Source: Scyliorhinus canicula (Eukaryota). From it: 64,000 bases of DNA. The translations under genes were made by a program, and so were the position numbers. Numbering within the stretch: the first letter of the stretch is position 1; every line of letters starts with the position of its first letter. Where the stretch lies: contig NC_052155.1 in NCBI RefSeq assembly GCF_902713615.1, positions 191,008,429 through 191,072,428 on the forward strand. The letters are read 5' to 3'. The notes beneath the pieces were generated by a model. It was not told where the DNA came from. It worked only from the letters and a program-made list of their open reading frames with translations, and searched no databases. Of the stretch, positions 33,600 to 45,973 are shown one piece after another.

Positions 33600-34560
33600 G
33601 TTACCGTTAAACATCCAGTTACCGGTTCGTGGAGTCTGACAGGGTGGCTGACTGCTCTCCTGACATTCACAAAATGATTTGTATGCGGGAAGCAATAGGA
33701 ATATTTCCAAGTTTGCTGATGGTATGAAACTTGGTGGGAATGTGAGGGTGAGGAGAATGTTAAAAAAACTTCAAGATAATTGAGACAAGTTGAGTGAGTG
33801 GGTGGCAGATGCAGAACAACATGGACAAATGTGAAGTCATCCACTTCAGACAGAGAAACAAAATGGCAGAGTTTAATTTAAATGGTGATGGGTTGGGAAA
33901 GGATGACACGCAAAAGGGACCTGGGTGTCCTTGTGCACCTGTCACTGAAAGCAAGAATGAAGGTGCAGCAAACAGGAAGGCAAATAGTATGTTGTCCTTC
34001 ATTGCAACAGGACTGGAGCAAGGAAGTCTGTACAGGGCCTCTATGGCATCACAAATGGAGAATTGTGAACAGTTTTGGTCTCCTTATCTAAGAAAGGATA
34101 GACTTGCCTTAGAGGGAGAGCAATGAAGGGCCACAAGATCGATTGGCAGGATTGTCCTATGAGGAGAGATTGGGTTGCTGGGCCTGTTTTCAGTAGAATT
34201 AAGAATCTGATTAGAAGGTATGAAATTCTGACAGGGCTGCACAGACTGGAGGCTGGGATGGTATTTCCTCTGGCTGGAGGGGGGGGGGGGGGTGTCTAGA
34301 ATTGGGGTCAAAGTTTCAGGGTACGGAGTAGGATATTTAGGATTGAGATTAGGAGATACGTCTTCATTCAAGGCTGGTGAACATGGGGAATTCTGTACCA
34401 CAGAGGCCGTGCAGGTCAAGTCACTGAATATATTTCAGAAGGAAATAGATTTCTAGATTTTAAGGTGTGCAAAGGGGAAGGAGCAGCAGGGTATTGATGT
34501 AGAGGATTTACTGCATGGTGGGACATGCTTGAAGGCTGAATGACCTCCTGCTCCTATTCG
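33600..34560 (+). mobile_element. Degenerate CR1 LINE 3' fragment
   Basis: MDKCEVIHF...RDLGVLVH...FWSPYLRKD peptides. Confidence 0.8.
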
Positions 34561-35769
34561 ATATTTCTATGTGAGACTGCAGGAATGGGCCTTATTCGTC
34601 TGAGAGCAGAAGTGCAGGTTAAGGGGAAATTTTCTAGAGGGGTTTGCTAAAATAATTAAGAAATTGTTTACAGTGACAGGATGGTTACAGGGGATACAGA
34701 TTTAAAGAAATTGGCAAAAGAACCGGAGGGAAAATGCTGGAAAATCTCAGCAGGTCTGGCAGCATCTGGAAGAGAAAAGAGCTGATGTTTTGAGTCCGAT
34801 GACTCTAATTCAAAGAGGGAGAGATGAGGATTTTTTACTCACTGTGAGTTGTTGTGATGTGGAAGGTGCTAACTGACATGGTGGTGGAAGCAGATTCAAC
34901 AGGAACTACAAAAGGAAATTGGATAAATAGTTTTAAAAATAAATAAATTTAAATTGTCCAATTCTTTTCTTTCTAATTAAGGGGCAATTTAGCGTGGCCA
35001 ATCCACCTACCCTGCACATCTTTGGGTTGTGGGGGTGAGACCCACGCAGACACGGGGAGAATGTGCAAACTCCACATGGACAGTCACCCGGGTCCTCGGC
35101 ACCATGAAGCAGCAGTGCTAAGCACTGTGCCACCATGCCACCCCCACAAATTGGATAAATAGTTGAAAAGGGATAAAAGGGCAGGACTATGAGAAACATA
35201 TGTCTTTATATTCAGGGTTTTGTGAGTAAGTATGTGAAAATCTTTATTATTATTTTTAAAATATTCTACATAATGACAAATGGTTAATTTATGTTTTACA
35301 TCTGCTCAAAACAAGCTCACAACTTCCTGTCCTCAAGCAGGTATCAGATTAACAAACTTCTTGCAGTTGACAAACAGGAAATTATGTTTACTAGCTATGT
35401 AATCAGCATCTGAATCTCAAACCTTTAGCAGAAGTATTGAGGTTGTCAATCAGTAAACTTGTGAAAACCTAGCAATCTTTCTTCTGCTCAACTGTCTCCA
35501 GAATTGTCATGTTTTGCTCCTTAATAATCAGTCCCTATTTACAGTAAGTCAGTTCCTAATTACTCCTTCACGTCACTAAAACTCACTCTTAGAAAATGGT
35601 GGAAATACAGGTAGAAACAGTGAAATGAAGACAAATTATTAATACAATAATATTGGAAAATATACTTATTTTAACTGATATTAAATATTTTTAGAAACCT
35701 TACAAAGTACATATATGGACAGAGAAATGGCAGAAAAGCCACATTTCAAATAAAAAAGGGGCTATATTG

Positions 35770-36250
35770 GTCGGCATGGTGACACACTGGTTAGCACTGC
35801 TGCCTCACAGTGTCAGGGTGGCACAGTGGTTAGCACTGCTACCTCACAGTGTCAGGGCAGCATGGGTTAGCACTGCTGCCTCACAGCGTCAGGCTGGCAC
35901 AGTGGTTAGCACTGCTGCCTCACAGTGTCAGGGTGGCACAGTGGTTAGCACTGCTGCCTCAGAGTGCCAGGGTCCCAGCCTCAATTCCAGCCTCAGGTGA
36001 CTATCTGTGTGGAATCTCCCCGTGTGTGCGTGGGTTTCCTCCAGGTGCTCCGGTTTCCTCCCACAGTCCAAAGATGTGCAAGTTAGGTGAATTGGCCATG
36101 ATAATTTGCCCTGTGGTGTCCAAAAGAGTAGTTAGGGGTTACTGGGTTATGGGGATAAGGTGGAGGTATGGGCTTGGGTAGGGTGCTCTTTCCAAGGGCC
36201 GGTGCTGACTCAATGGGCCGAATGGCCTCCTTCTGCACTGTAAATTCTAT
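35770..36250 (+). mobile_element. tRNA-SINE whose about 39-bp 5' head is tandemly repeated 5 times
   Basis: GGTGGCACAGTGGTTAGCACTGCTGCCTCACAGTGTCAG repeated over 35776-35965, followed by a normal SINE body. Confidence 0.85.
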
Positions 36251-36432
36251 GTAAACCCGAGTCCCTGACACTGTGAAGCAGCAGTGCTAGCCAATATGCC
36301 ACCCCTGTGCCACCGTGCTGCCCCGAGGGTGTGGGTTGTATAGGTCAATATTGTTATTGAAGGTGGATGCCAAGGTGTTGTGGGTCAGTTTGCAGGGATG
36401 CCTCCCCGAGCAGACGGGGTTCGTGAAGCAGC

Positions 36433-36912
36433 CAATGTTCTTCAAAGTCGGGGGCGCGACCCGCGGGTGGGTCGTGGGCGGGTGTCGGGAGGGTTGCGGA
36501 GTTGCTGTCCGCGGCGCTGCCGATCGCGCACATCCCGCGCAGCAGCCGGCGTTTCATAACGGGGGCTGCAAGCGGCCGCGAACAGGTTAAAAAAAATTTG
36601 GCCGCATTGCGGGGGGGGGGGGGGGGGGGGGGGGGGGTTTATTTGGTAAAATTTAACAGCAAAAAAATTGCAGAACTTTGGACAGATGGAGACTCCATAC
36701 TTTCCGACACCGGAAGGCTTCACCTTCATCCAACAGGTTCCATTGGAGGAGCGAGTACGAGGGCCAAAGGGACCCAAAACCATTTCCTCCATTTTTGTCA
36801 GCGGCAACAAGGTTAGAGAAAATGCTGGGTTGCACAGGTCGGCCAGTGTGGATCGCAAAGGTTGGCCAGTTGGTAAAAATGGGTCCCCGGCAAAAAAGTT
36901 TGAAGAACACTG
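36433..36912. mobile_element. hAT (Charlie-like) MITE next to an L1 RT fragment
   Basis: TIRs CAATGTTCTTCAAA / TTTGAAGAACACTG. The upstream flank encodes LLKVDAK...CLPEQTGFVK (L1 RT-like). No matching 8-bp TSD. Confidence 0.65.
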
Positions 36913-36924
36913 ATCTAACGTGTG

Positions 36925-36925
36925 C

Positions 36926-36959
<34 letters not shown>

Positions 36960-37915
36960 TGAGGGGGAGGAGATGGGCTGGAGGGGTGGGAGTTAGGGTG
37001 GGGGGGGGGGTTGGTGCACAGGGGGAGTTGGGGTGGGGGTGGAGGAGTTGGGGTGGGGGATGGGGGGGAAGAGTTGGGCTGGAGGGGTGGGGGGGAAGTT
37101 GGGGTGGGGGTTTGGTGCACGGGGGGAGTTGGGGTGGGGGTGGAGTTGGGCTGGGGGGGTTGGAGTGGGGGTTGGGGTGGGGTGGTTAGGGTGAGGGGGT
37201 TGGGGTGGGGTGGTTAGGGTGAGGGGGCTGGGGGAGATGGCGTGGAGAATGGGGGGTGGGGGGAGTTCACATGGAGAATGGGGGGTGGAGGGAGTTGAGG
37301 TGGAGGGTGGAGGGTTGGGGGGAGTTGGGGTGGGAGTTGGGGTGGAGGTGGGGGTGGGGGAAGTTGGGGTGGAGGAGTTGGGGTGGGGGTGGGGGGAGTT
37401 GGGATGGAGAATGGGGGGTGGGGGGAGTTGGGGTGGGGGATGGGGGGAAGAGTTGGGCTGGAGGGGTGGGGGGGGAAGTTGGGGTGGGGGGGTTGGTGCG
37501 CGGGGGGAGTTGGGGTGGGGGTGGAGTTGGGCTGGGGGAGTTGGGGTGGGGGGTTGGGGTGGGGGGTTGGGGTGGGGTGGTTAGGGTGGGGGGGTTCGGG
37601 TGGGGTGGTTAGGGTGAGGGGGTTGGGGGAGATGGCGTGGAGAATGGGGGGAGTTCACATGGAGAATGGGGGGTGGAGGGAGTTGAGGTGGAGGGTGGGG
37701 GGTTGGGGGGAGTTGGGGTGGGGGGAGTTGGGGTGGGAGTTGGGGTGGAGGGGAGTTGGGGTGGAGGTGAGGGGGAGGGTGGGGGATTGGGGGGAGTTGG
37801 GGTGGGGGAGTTGGGATGGAGAATGGGGGGTGGGGGGAGTTGACGTGGAGGGTTGGGGGGAGTTGTGGTGGGGGGAGTTGGGGTGGAGGGTGGGGGGAGT
37901 TGAGGGGTGGTGTTG
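36925..37915 (+). repeat. G-rich low-complexity tract (GGGGTGGGGGAGTT)
   Basis: Very G-rich. The Gly-rich ORFs here are artefacts. Confidence 0.93.
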
Positions 37916-37984
37916 CCATTTTGGGAGTGCAGGTGGTTTGGGAATGGGATCAGCTCCTTAAATTGAACTTGACGGGTTTGGTGA

Positions 37985-38720
37985 GCGTCAGGATTTGCTG
38001 AGATGGGGCAGCCTTACCCTGTGGGGTTAGTGAGCAGGGTTATGGTAGGGATTTGCTGAGATGGATGGGACAGCCTTTCACTGTGGGTTCAGTGAGCAGG
38101 GCTGAGCAGGGTTAGGGTTGGGATTTGCTGAGATGGATGGGACAGCCTTTCACTGTGGGTTTGGGGAGCAGGGCTGAGCAGGGTTAGGGTTGGGATTTGC
38201 TGAGATGGATGGGACAGCCTTTCACTGTGGGTTTGGGGAGCAGGGCTGAGCAGGGTTAGGGTTGGGATTTGCTGAGATGGATGGGACAGCCTTTCACTGT
38301 GGGTTTGGGGAGCAGGGCTGAGCAGGGTTGGGGTTAGGATTCGCTGAGATGGATGGGACAGCCTTTCACTGTGGGTTTGGGGAGCAGGGCTGAGCAGGGT
38401 TGGGGTTAGGATTCGCTGAGATGGATGGGACAGCCTTTCACTGTGGGTTCAGTGAGCAGGGCTGAGTCGGGTTAGGGTTGGGATTTGCTGGGATGGGACA
38501 GCCTTTCACTGTGGGTTCAGTGAGCAGGGCTGAGCAGGGTTAGGGTTGGGATTTGCTGAGATGGGACAGCCTTTCACTGTGGGTTCAGTAAGCAGGGCTG
38601 AGTCGGGTTAGGGTTGGGATTTGCTGGGATGGGACAGCCTTTCACTGTGGGTTCAGTGAGCAGGGCTGAGCAGGGTTAGGGTTGGGATTTGCTGAGATGG
38701 ATGAGACAGCCTTTGACTGT
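37985..38720 (+). repeat. 68-72 bp minisatellite, about 10 copies
   Basis: Units at 38050, 38122, 38194, 38266 and onward: GATTTGCTGAGATGGATGGGACAGCCTTTCACTGTGGGTT...GGGTTAGGGTTGG. Confidence 0.95.
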
Positions 38721-41700
38721 CAGTCAGGCCAGGTGCATACAGCTGAGGTGAACATTCTACCACAATTTTATTATTATTTCAGTGCCTATTTCGGTCTTTT
38801 TGCTGAAAACGTTTTTGGGTTGGTTTTATTTTTTAAATTTTCCGTGTTATATATGTTTAATTGTTAAAATATTAACATTTGAATAAAAATATTTTTTAAA
38901 AGATTGCCTTCCCTAAGGTACATTAGTGAACCAGATGGGTTTTTATGTCAATCGACAAAGGTTCCATTGTCATCATCAAACTTTTAATTCCAGATATTCC
39001 ATTGAGTTTAAATTCAACCATCTGCTGTGCTGGGATTCCAACCGGGACCAGGCCATTACCCAGGGTAATGACCCAGGAACAATGTCACACTGACTCCCCC
39101 AGTTAGTTGCAAGCTGTATTTATTTATTTTTTATTTGTTCAGGAGTCTGAGCATCAGGGCTGCATCAGCATTTATTGTCTAACCACAGCTGATTTTGAGA
39201 AGGTGGTGGGTGAGCTGCCTTCTTGAACCTCTGCAGTCCATGTGGTAGGTACACCCACTGTGCTGTTAGGGAGGGAGTTCCAGGATGTTGCCCCAGCGAC
39301 AGTGAAGGAACGGCTGATATATTTCCAAGTCAGGGTGGTGAGTGACTTTGAGGGGAACTTGGAGCTGGTGGTGTTTCTTGCAACTTGCTGCCCTTGTCCT
39401 TTTGGATGGTGGGGGCCGTAGGTTTGAAATGGTGTAAAATAAAGTACGTGCGGTACCAGCCCAGTAAAGTGTCTTCTTGAAGCCAAACAGAGTAAATAGT
39501 CTCCAGTGCTGGACAGAATTACTCTGCCTGCAATCTTTGATCTCTTAGCATTTCGCTGGCCATTTATTTTTGATCCCAAAGTTCAGCGAGGCCAGCAAGA
39601 TTCTGTTTTTCTATAATGGTGTAGTCAGGAACAAATTTAAATATTCCGGAAACAGTGTGCACGCTGCGTAGCCTGTATTGGCACAAGCCACAAAAACTGT
39701 TCACTCTTTAATAGCTGGGAACATTTTCCAATTAGCCTATTAACCACTTTAGGCTCACCTGGGATTTTCCAGAGAAACAGTCCTCTTCAAAGCAGTTTGA
39801 ACCTGGAATACATTACACAACTCATACTCACATCATACCGGAGGAAAGGTGTCCCAGAATAATCCTGTCTTCAACTAAAATATGACTTAGAAAATAATGA
39901 AAGGGCACATTAGAGTACCTGTACCCACAGCCTTCCACCTATCGCTTACAAACACAAGTTTATCAGAAATTAAAGTTGTAAAATGATATGTTGTCACTGG
40001 GATAAAGGGTTATTGTTTCTTCATGTAATGCCAGTAATATTGCCAATCTTGCTGACGGATTTCACACCCAATCCGTTTCATTCTCAATCAATATCACTCA
40101 GTATCCAAATCATTTGAATATTCCACTCCAGACTAAATGCCTTCCTTGTACTGATTATCAAACAATTTTGTAAATGGATCCGACTGAAGAGACATTTAGA
40201 ACTCTATTTTTCAATGGAAATATCTGTTATTCATGGCAAAAGAATTGGGTCATTTTGCAGAATCTGATGCAGTCACTTTCCAAAACAATGAATGGCTCCC
40301 TCCTGTGTTCAAACAGCGGCAGTACAAGTCAAATTTCTTACCAACATGATGTGGACTAATTCTGGTAAATACTATCACAAAATTTCATTCAGCAACAGAA
40401 ACAACTTGAATTTATGTAACACTGTGAACATAAATAACATCCCAAAGCACTTCACGTGGGTTTATAAAACAAGACATCACACATTAGGAAATTTGACACA
40501 GAAAACGGAAAGCTTGATCAGAGGGAAAAAACCTTCAATTTATAAAAGCAGCAGAATCTCATAAGTGCTTTAGAATAGTTAGAGAATTATAGGAGCAGAG
40601 AAAGGTCCATTCAGCCCATCATATCACAGTCAATGAAATACTTTTGAAGTGTGTTGTCATGTAGGAAATGTGACAGTTAATTTGTGCACCCCAAACTTCT
40701 ACAAACTGTAATGTCACAACACACAGATAATCTGTTTCTTGATGGTGATTGGAGGATAAATATTGGCTCAGAAATCTGCTCCGTTCACAGAATCTCAGAA
40801 TTGTTATGGCGCAGAAAGAGGCTGCTTCGTCTCTATACCAGTTCTCCAAACGAGTACCACGACTCTGTCATTCCTCTGCCTTTCCCCGTACCCCTGCACA
40901 TTGTTTCTATTCTAAAAATCATCTAATGTCCTCTCAAATGCCTCGATTGAACCTGCCTCCACCACACTGAGGAAATGAACAGAAAGGCATAATGGGTAGT
41001 TAGACCAAGTTAGGAGCAAAATTTTACTGCAGTAGAATAAGGAGTTAGGTTAGTGGATTTTTAAACATCAACTGGGATTCAAGGCAGGAAGAGGGGGATG
41101 GGCAGCCACTAAGACCATTTCTTTGTTGCCAGGGATACTGGGAAAAGGGGCCTCAGGCCAGGTTAAGGAATGTGGGAAAAGCCTATGGGAGCTTTGCATT
41201 TGCACCGTTGCCTTATTTGGTCGTATGTATGTGAAACTTGATGCAACTTGAATGTATATGAAATGAGATGTTTTGTTCCTTTGTCTGCACTGCTGTTGAA
41301 GAGGCAGGAGACTGGTTGTGTCCTGCTCTCCCAATAGAGTGAGTCACCCAGCTAGCTGGTTAAAATAAACAATAATTGATACCTGCAAATCCGTCTCAAA
41401 TTGTATTGAGCCCAGACTGGCAGCAAAAGAATCAGGATTGTCAACACTTCCGGGTCGTGCATTCCAGACCCCAACCACTTTCTGTGTGAAAAAGTATTTT
41501 CACATTGCATTTGCTTCTGCTGAAAATCACTTTAAATCTGTGCCCTCTTGTTCCTGATCCTTTAACAAGTGGGAAGTTTCTACCTATATACTCTGTCCAG
41601 CCCCTTCATGGTTTTGAACATCTCTATCAAATCTCTTCTTCATTTTCTTCTCTCCGAGGAGACCAGTCCGAACCTCTCCAATCTATCCTCATCACTGAGG

Positions 41701-41993
41701 TTTCTCATCCCTGGAACCATTCCTGTAAACCTCTCCTGCTCTCTCCCCAATGTGTTCACATCCTTCCGATAGTGTGACGCCAGAACTGTGCACAATATTC
41801 CAGCTGAGGTCTAATTAGTGTCTTGTATAAGTTCAGTATAACCTCCTCACTCTTGTATTCTGTGCCCCTATTAATAAAGCCCAGAATGATACATACTTTA
41901 TTAACTGCTCACTCCACCTGTCCCCCCCCCCCCCTCCCCACCCTTCAATGATCTGTGTACATATACACCCAGGTTCCTCTGCTCCTGCTCACC

Positions 41994-43967
41994 TTTTTTT
42001 AAATAAATGTTTTTATTCTCCATTTTCCTTAAAACTTTTACACCCCACCCACAGATAGTAAACGGTAACAAATACAAAATCAATCCCATTAATAATAACA
42101 ACGATCCCATCCTCCCACCACCCCTAACAACGGCCCACCTGTCAATATATGGCTGGTTTAGCACACTGAGCTAAATCGTTGGCTTTTAAAGCAGACCAAG
42201 GCAGGCCAGCAGCACGGTTCAATTCCCATACCAGCCTCCCGAACAGGCGCCGGAATGTGGCGACTAGGGGCTTTTCACAGTAATTTCATTTGAAGCCTAC
42301 TTGTGACAAAAAGCGATTTTCATTTCATTTCAATAAAACAAACCCTCCCATGGTGGAAACAAAAAAACAAAGAAGAAAAAGAAAAAGGAGTCCGGGACCG
42401 GCCATGGTCACCATTAACCTATAGAGTCCACTCCCCCCCCCCACCACACTCAACGCCGTCCAACCTCTGAAGAGTGCCGTACATGATACCCAAGAGTTGT
42501 AAACCCCCCCCCCCCCCCCCAACTCCTCCCGTCCACTGCCTCTTGTAAAACTCCTTCCCCCAACCTCGGTTCCTTTCCCCCAACTTTCCACCCCGGCTAG
42601 ACCACTTGACTTGGACCCTGTTCTGCCAGGCTCCGATGGCCGCAGTCCCTCCCCCCACCTCACTCACGTTCACTGGCCGGCTTAAACAGGCCAGCGTGGA
42701 GGCCCCCGCCCGGGTCCCTTTCCCCCTTGCCCAGAAATCCGCCTTTAGCACACACACCCCGCATATCCACCTACACCCCAAAGAGCCCTCACTTCGAGTG
42801 AAAGTCCCATCACTTCCCTTGTCCAAATATATACAACATTGGCTCCTTTAGCCCATACACCCGCACGCAGTGAAACAAAAAAAAGGAAGAAAATACAGTC
42901 ATGGATACATCGGCACATGGCCATTTCTCAATTTCTCAGTTCTGCCAGTCCTTCTGCCTTCGCAAACTCCTCCGCTCCTTCCGCCGTTCCAAAATAAAAG
43001 TCCTTGAGCTTGTAAGTCACCCTCAGCTTCGCTGGATATACAATGCCACGCTGCACCTTGCTGATGTACAGTGCCCTCTTCACCTGATTGAAAGCAACCC
43101 GCCTCCTAAAGTCCTGGTATACACGCATACCAGCACCAGCCCACTGCACCACCCGCTTCTGCTTGGCCCAGCACAGGACCATCTCCTTCACACTGTACCT
43201 ACGGAAGCACAGAGTCACTACCCTTGGCGGCTCACTCGCCTTTGGTACAGGCCTCCACGACCGATGAGCCCGATCCAGTTCATATCGGAAGGGATCCCCC
43301 CGCTCCCCCAATAGTTTCGCCAGCATCGCGGCAAAATACTCAGTCGGCCTCGGCCCTTCAACTCCTTCGGGCAGCCCCACAATCCTCAAATTCTGTCGCC
43401 TGGATCTGTTTTCCAGGTCTTCCATTTTTCCTCACAGATCCTTGTTAACCTCCATCACCTTCCGCATCTCCTTCCACATCGAGGTAAATTGATCACCGTG
43501 CTGCAATAATGTCTCCTCCACTTCCTTCAGTGCCTCCCCTTGCTCCCGCACCTCCGCCACTGCCCTCGCCACCGCCGTCGTCACCGGGGAAATCGCCTCC
43601 TCCACCAGCTCACTCAAAACCTCCCTCATCTCCTTCCTCATTGTCTCCATGTATTTTGTAAACTGCCTTTCAAATTCTGCAGCCATCAGCTTAGTTATTT
43701 CTCCAGCCATAAGCAATGCAGCCTCCCCTGGTGCTCGAGCCTCCATTTTCTTTACTGACACCGCACTGACCTTTCTACTCCCTGATGGACTTTCAGCTGT
43801 TTTCACAGCCGTTTTTTACTGGTCCTCGACATATCCCTTCCCTGTGCGTTCTCCTGACCTTTACCGCCTTCGCTGCCCCTAGAACTAGGTGTCAATCCCC
43901 GACAATGCCGTTCCCGAACGGGAGCCCTCTAACGACCGGCTGCCTCCCGCCCGCCGTCACCGGAAGT
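41994..43967 (-). mobile_element. ORF1-only L1-derived element (HAL1-like), full length with TSD
   Basis: 5' end ACTTCCGG. L1 ORF1p 43806-42928 (LENRSRRQNLRIVGLPEGVEG...ELDRAHR...YPAKLRVT) with one in-frame TGA at 43432-43434. L1-type 3' UTR with AATAAA and A-tail, and no ORF2. 18-bp TSD with one mismatch at 41979-41996 / 43968-43985. It sits inside a CR1 fragment. Confidence 0.85.
42143..42330 (+). mobile_element. Second SINE family with (TTTCA)n tail
   Basis: GGCTGGTTTAGCACAC...GGTTCAATTCCC...GTGGCGACTAGGGGCTTTTCACAG tail. Also at 54371-54550(-), with a related copy at 15530-15735(-). Confidence 0.8.
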
Positions 43968-44503
43968 CTGCTCCTGCACACCTTTAATAATTTTACCCGT
44001 TATTTTATATTATCTCTCCATGGTCTTCCTACCAAAATGTATCACCTCACACTTCTCCACATTGAAATTCATCTGCCATCTATCTACCCACTCCACCAAC
44101 TTGTCTACGTCCTTTCTCAGTTCTGCACTGTACTCTTCACAGTTTATAATACCTCCAAGTTATGTGTCATCTGCAAAGTTTGAAATTGTCCCCTGCACAC
44201 CTAGATCTAGATCACTTATAAAGAAAAGCAAGGGTGGCAATACCGATCATCAGGGAACACCACTGCAAACTTTCCTCCAGCCCTCAAAATATCCATTCAC
44301 CATTACTCTTCATGGTTGAGTAACTCTGAAATGCTTTAACCACAATGTTAATGAACATCAACCACTTCAAAGAGAGTTAAGTGCTTATCAATCACCCTCT
44401 TGAGTGAGGTTGAAGTGGTCAGCAGGGAATTGTCAGCATTTGTGATTTGAGCACTTCACAGTTACTCAACCATGAAGGAAGATGAATGAAGCAAGGCTGA
44501 CAG

Positions 44504-44539
<36 letters not shown>

Positions 44540-44959
44540 AAGCTGTCAATCACAGCCCAGTGAGAGTAATAAATGAATGGCTTGTAGCTCAAGGATCTGA
44601 GGAGTTTAAACACAGGTCGCTGCTTCCGCTTTCCTGAAATTGACATGTGGAGCTTCCTCGGTCTGAGCCAGCAGGTGTATTGCTCAGGTGAGTGTTACAA
44701 CAGTGGGGGTGGCAAGGATGACTCAGTGGTTAGCACTGCTGCCTGTGGCACCGAGGACCCAGATGCGATCCCGGCTCTGGGTCACTGTCCGTGTGGAGTT
44801 GGCACATTCTTCCCGTGTCTGCGTGGGTTTCACCCCCACGACCCAAAGATGTGCAGGGTAGGTGGATTGGCCACACTAAATTGCCCCTTAATAAAAAAAT
44901 AATTGGGGACTCTAAATTTATAAAAAAGAGGATAAGTTGGCACTGCTGTTGGTGGAAAT

Positions 44960-45973
44960 ATTTGAGGGTATGATGGGAAAGGGAGGATTGCTGGGGACAA
45001 TGAGCCGACATCCATCTCATTATTACTGAAAAAGCAGAAGGATATGGTGGAGCGTACGTCATAGAGGCCCATTTCTCTACTGAATGTGGATGTTAAGATA
45101 TTGGTGAAGGTGTTACCAGTGAGGCTGGATGAGTGTCTTCCGAAGGTGGTGGGGGAGGATCAGATGTGTTTGTCAAGGGCAGACAGCTGTCGCTGAATGT
45201 GTGGCTGGTGAATGTGGTGCTTTTACCGGCAGATGGAAGGGAGCTGGAGGTGGTGGTGGCGTTAGATGTGGAGAAGGCGTTTGACAGACTGGAGTGGAGT
45301 TCTATGTTTGTGGTGCTGGAGAAAGTTTGGGATTGGGCCTAAATTTGAGGCCTGGGTAAAATTAATATAAAAGGATCCACCAGCATGTGTGCGGATGAAT
45401 GAGACGCAGTTGGAGTACTTCCCGCTATTCCTGGGAACAAGGTGGAGTTTCCATGTCCCCTTCTTGTTTGTGTTGCTGATTGAGCTCTTGGTGATTGCGC
45501 TGAGGGACTATGGAGAACGAAAGAGAGGGGGGAGTGGGGAATGGAGCTTAGGTTGTCTCTGTACGCAGATAATTTGCTGCTCTATATTTCGGACCTGGGC
45601 TCATTGGCGGAGGACATAATGGGATTGCTGGAAAAATTTGGGGCCTTGAGGGTATAAATTGAATTAAGGGGAAAAATTGAATTATAGGAAGAGTGAATGT
45701 TTTGTCGTATTCTCCACGTACAGGGGTGGGAGTGGAAAGGTTGCCATTTTGGGTAGTGTCAACTCACTCCAGATACTATGGGGTGCAGGTGGCATGGGAT
45801 TGGGCACAATTCCGTAAGGACATTTCGTGGGTAGATGGGACAGTCTCCCTTTGTCGTTGGCTGGCTGGCTGGGTGCAGGCCGTCTAAATTTATATTTTGC
45901 CATGGTTTCCGTTTTTATTCCAGTGTTGACTGTGTTGTTTTCAATAGTTGGACGAGGTGGTCTCGATGTTTCT
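44960..45973 (+). mobile_element. Degenerate L1 ORF2 (RT) fragment, left part
   Basis: ISLLNVDVKIL...EDQ, VVALDVEKAFDRLEW and LYADNLL motifs, with frameshifts. Confidence 0.85.

Noticed and set aside
36315-36913. GC-rich ORFs as a gene or processed pseudogene
   Set aside because: Explained by an L1 RT fragment plus a hAT MITE.
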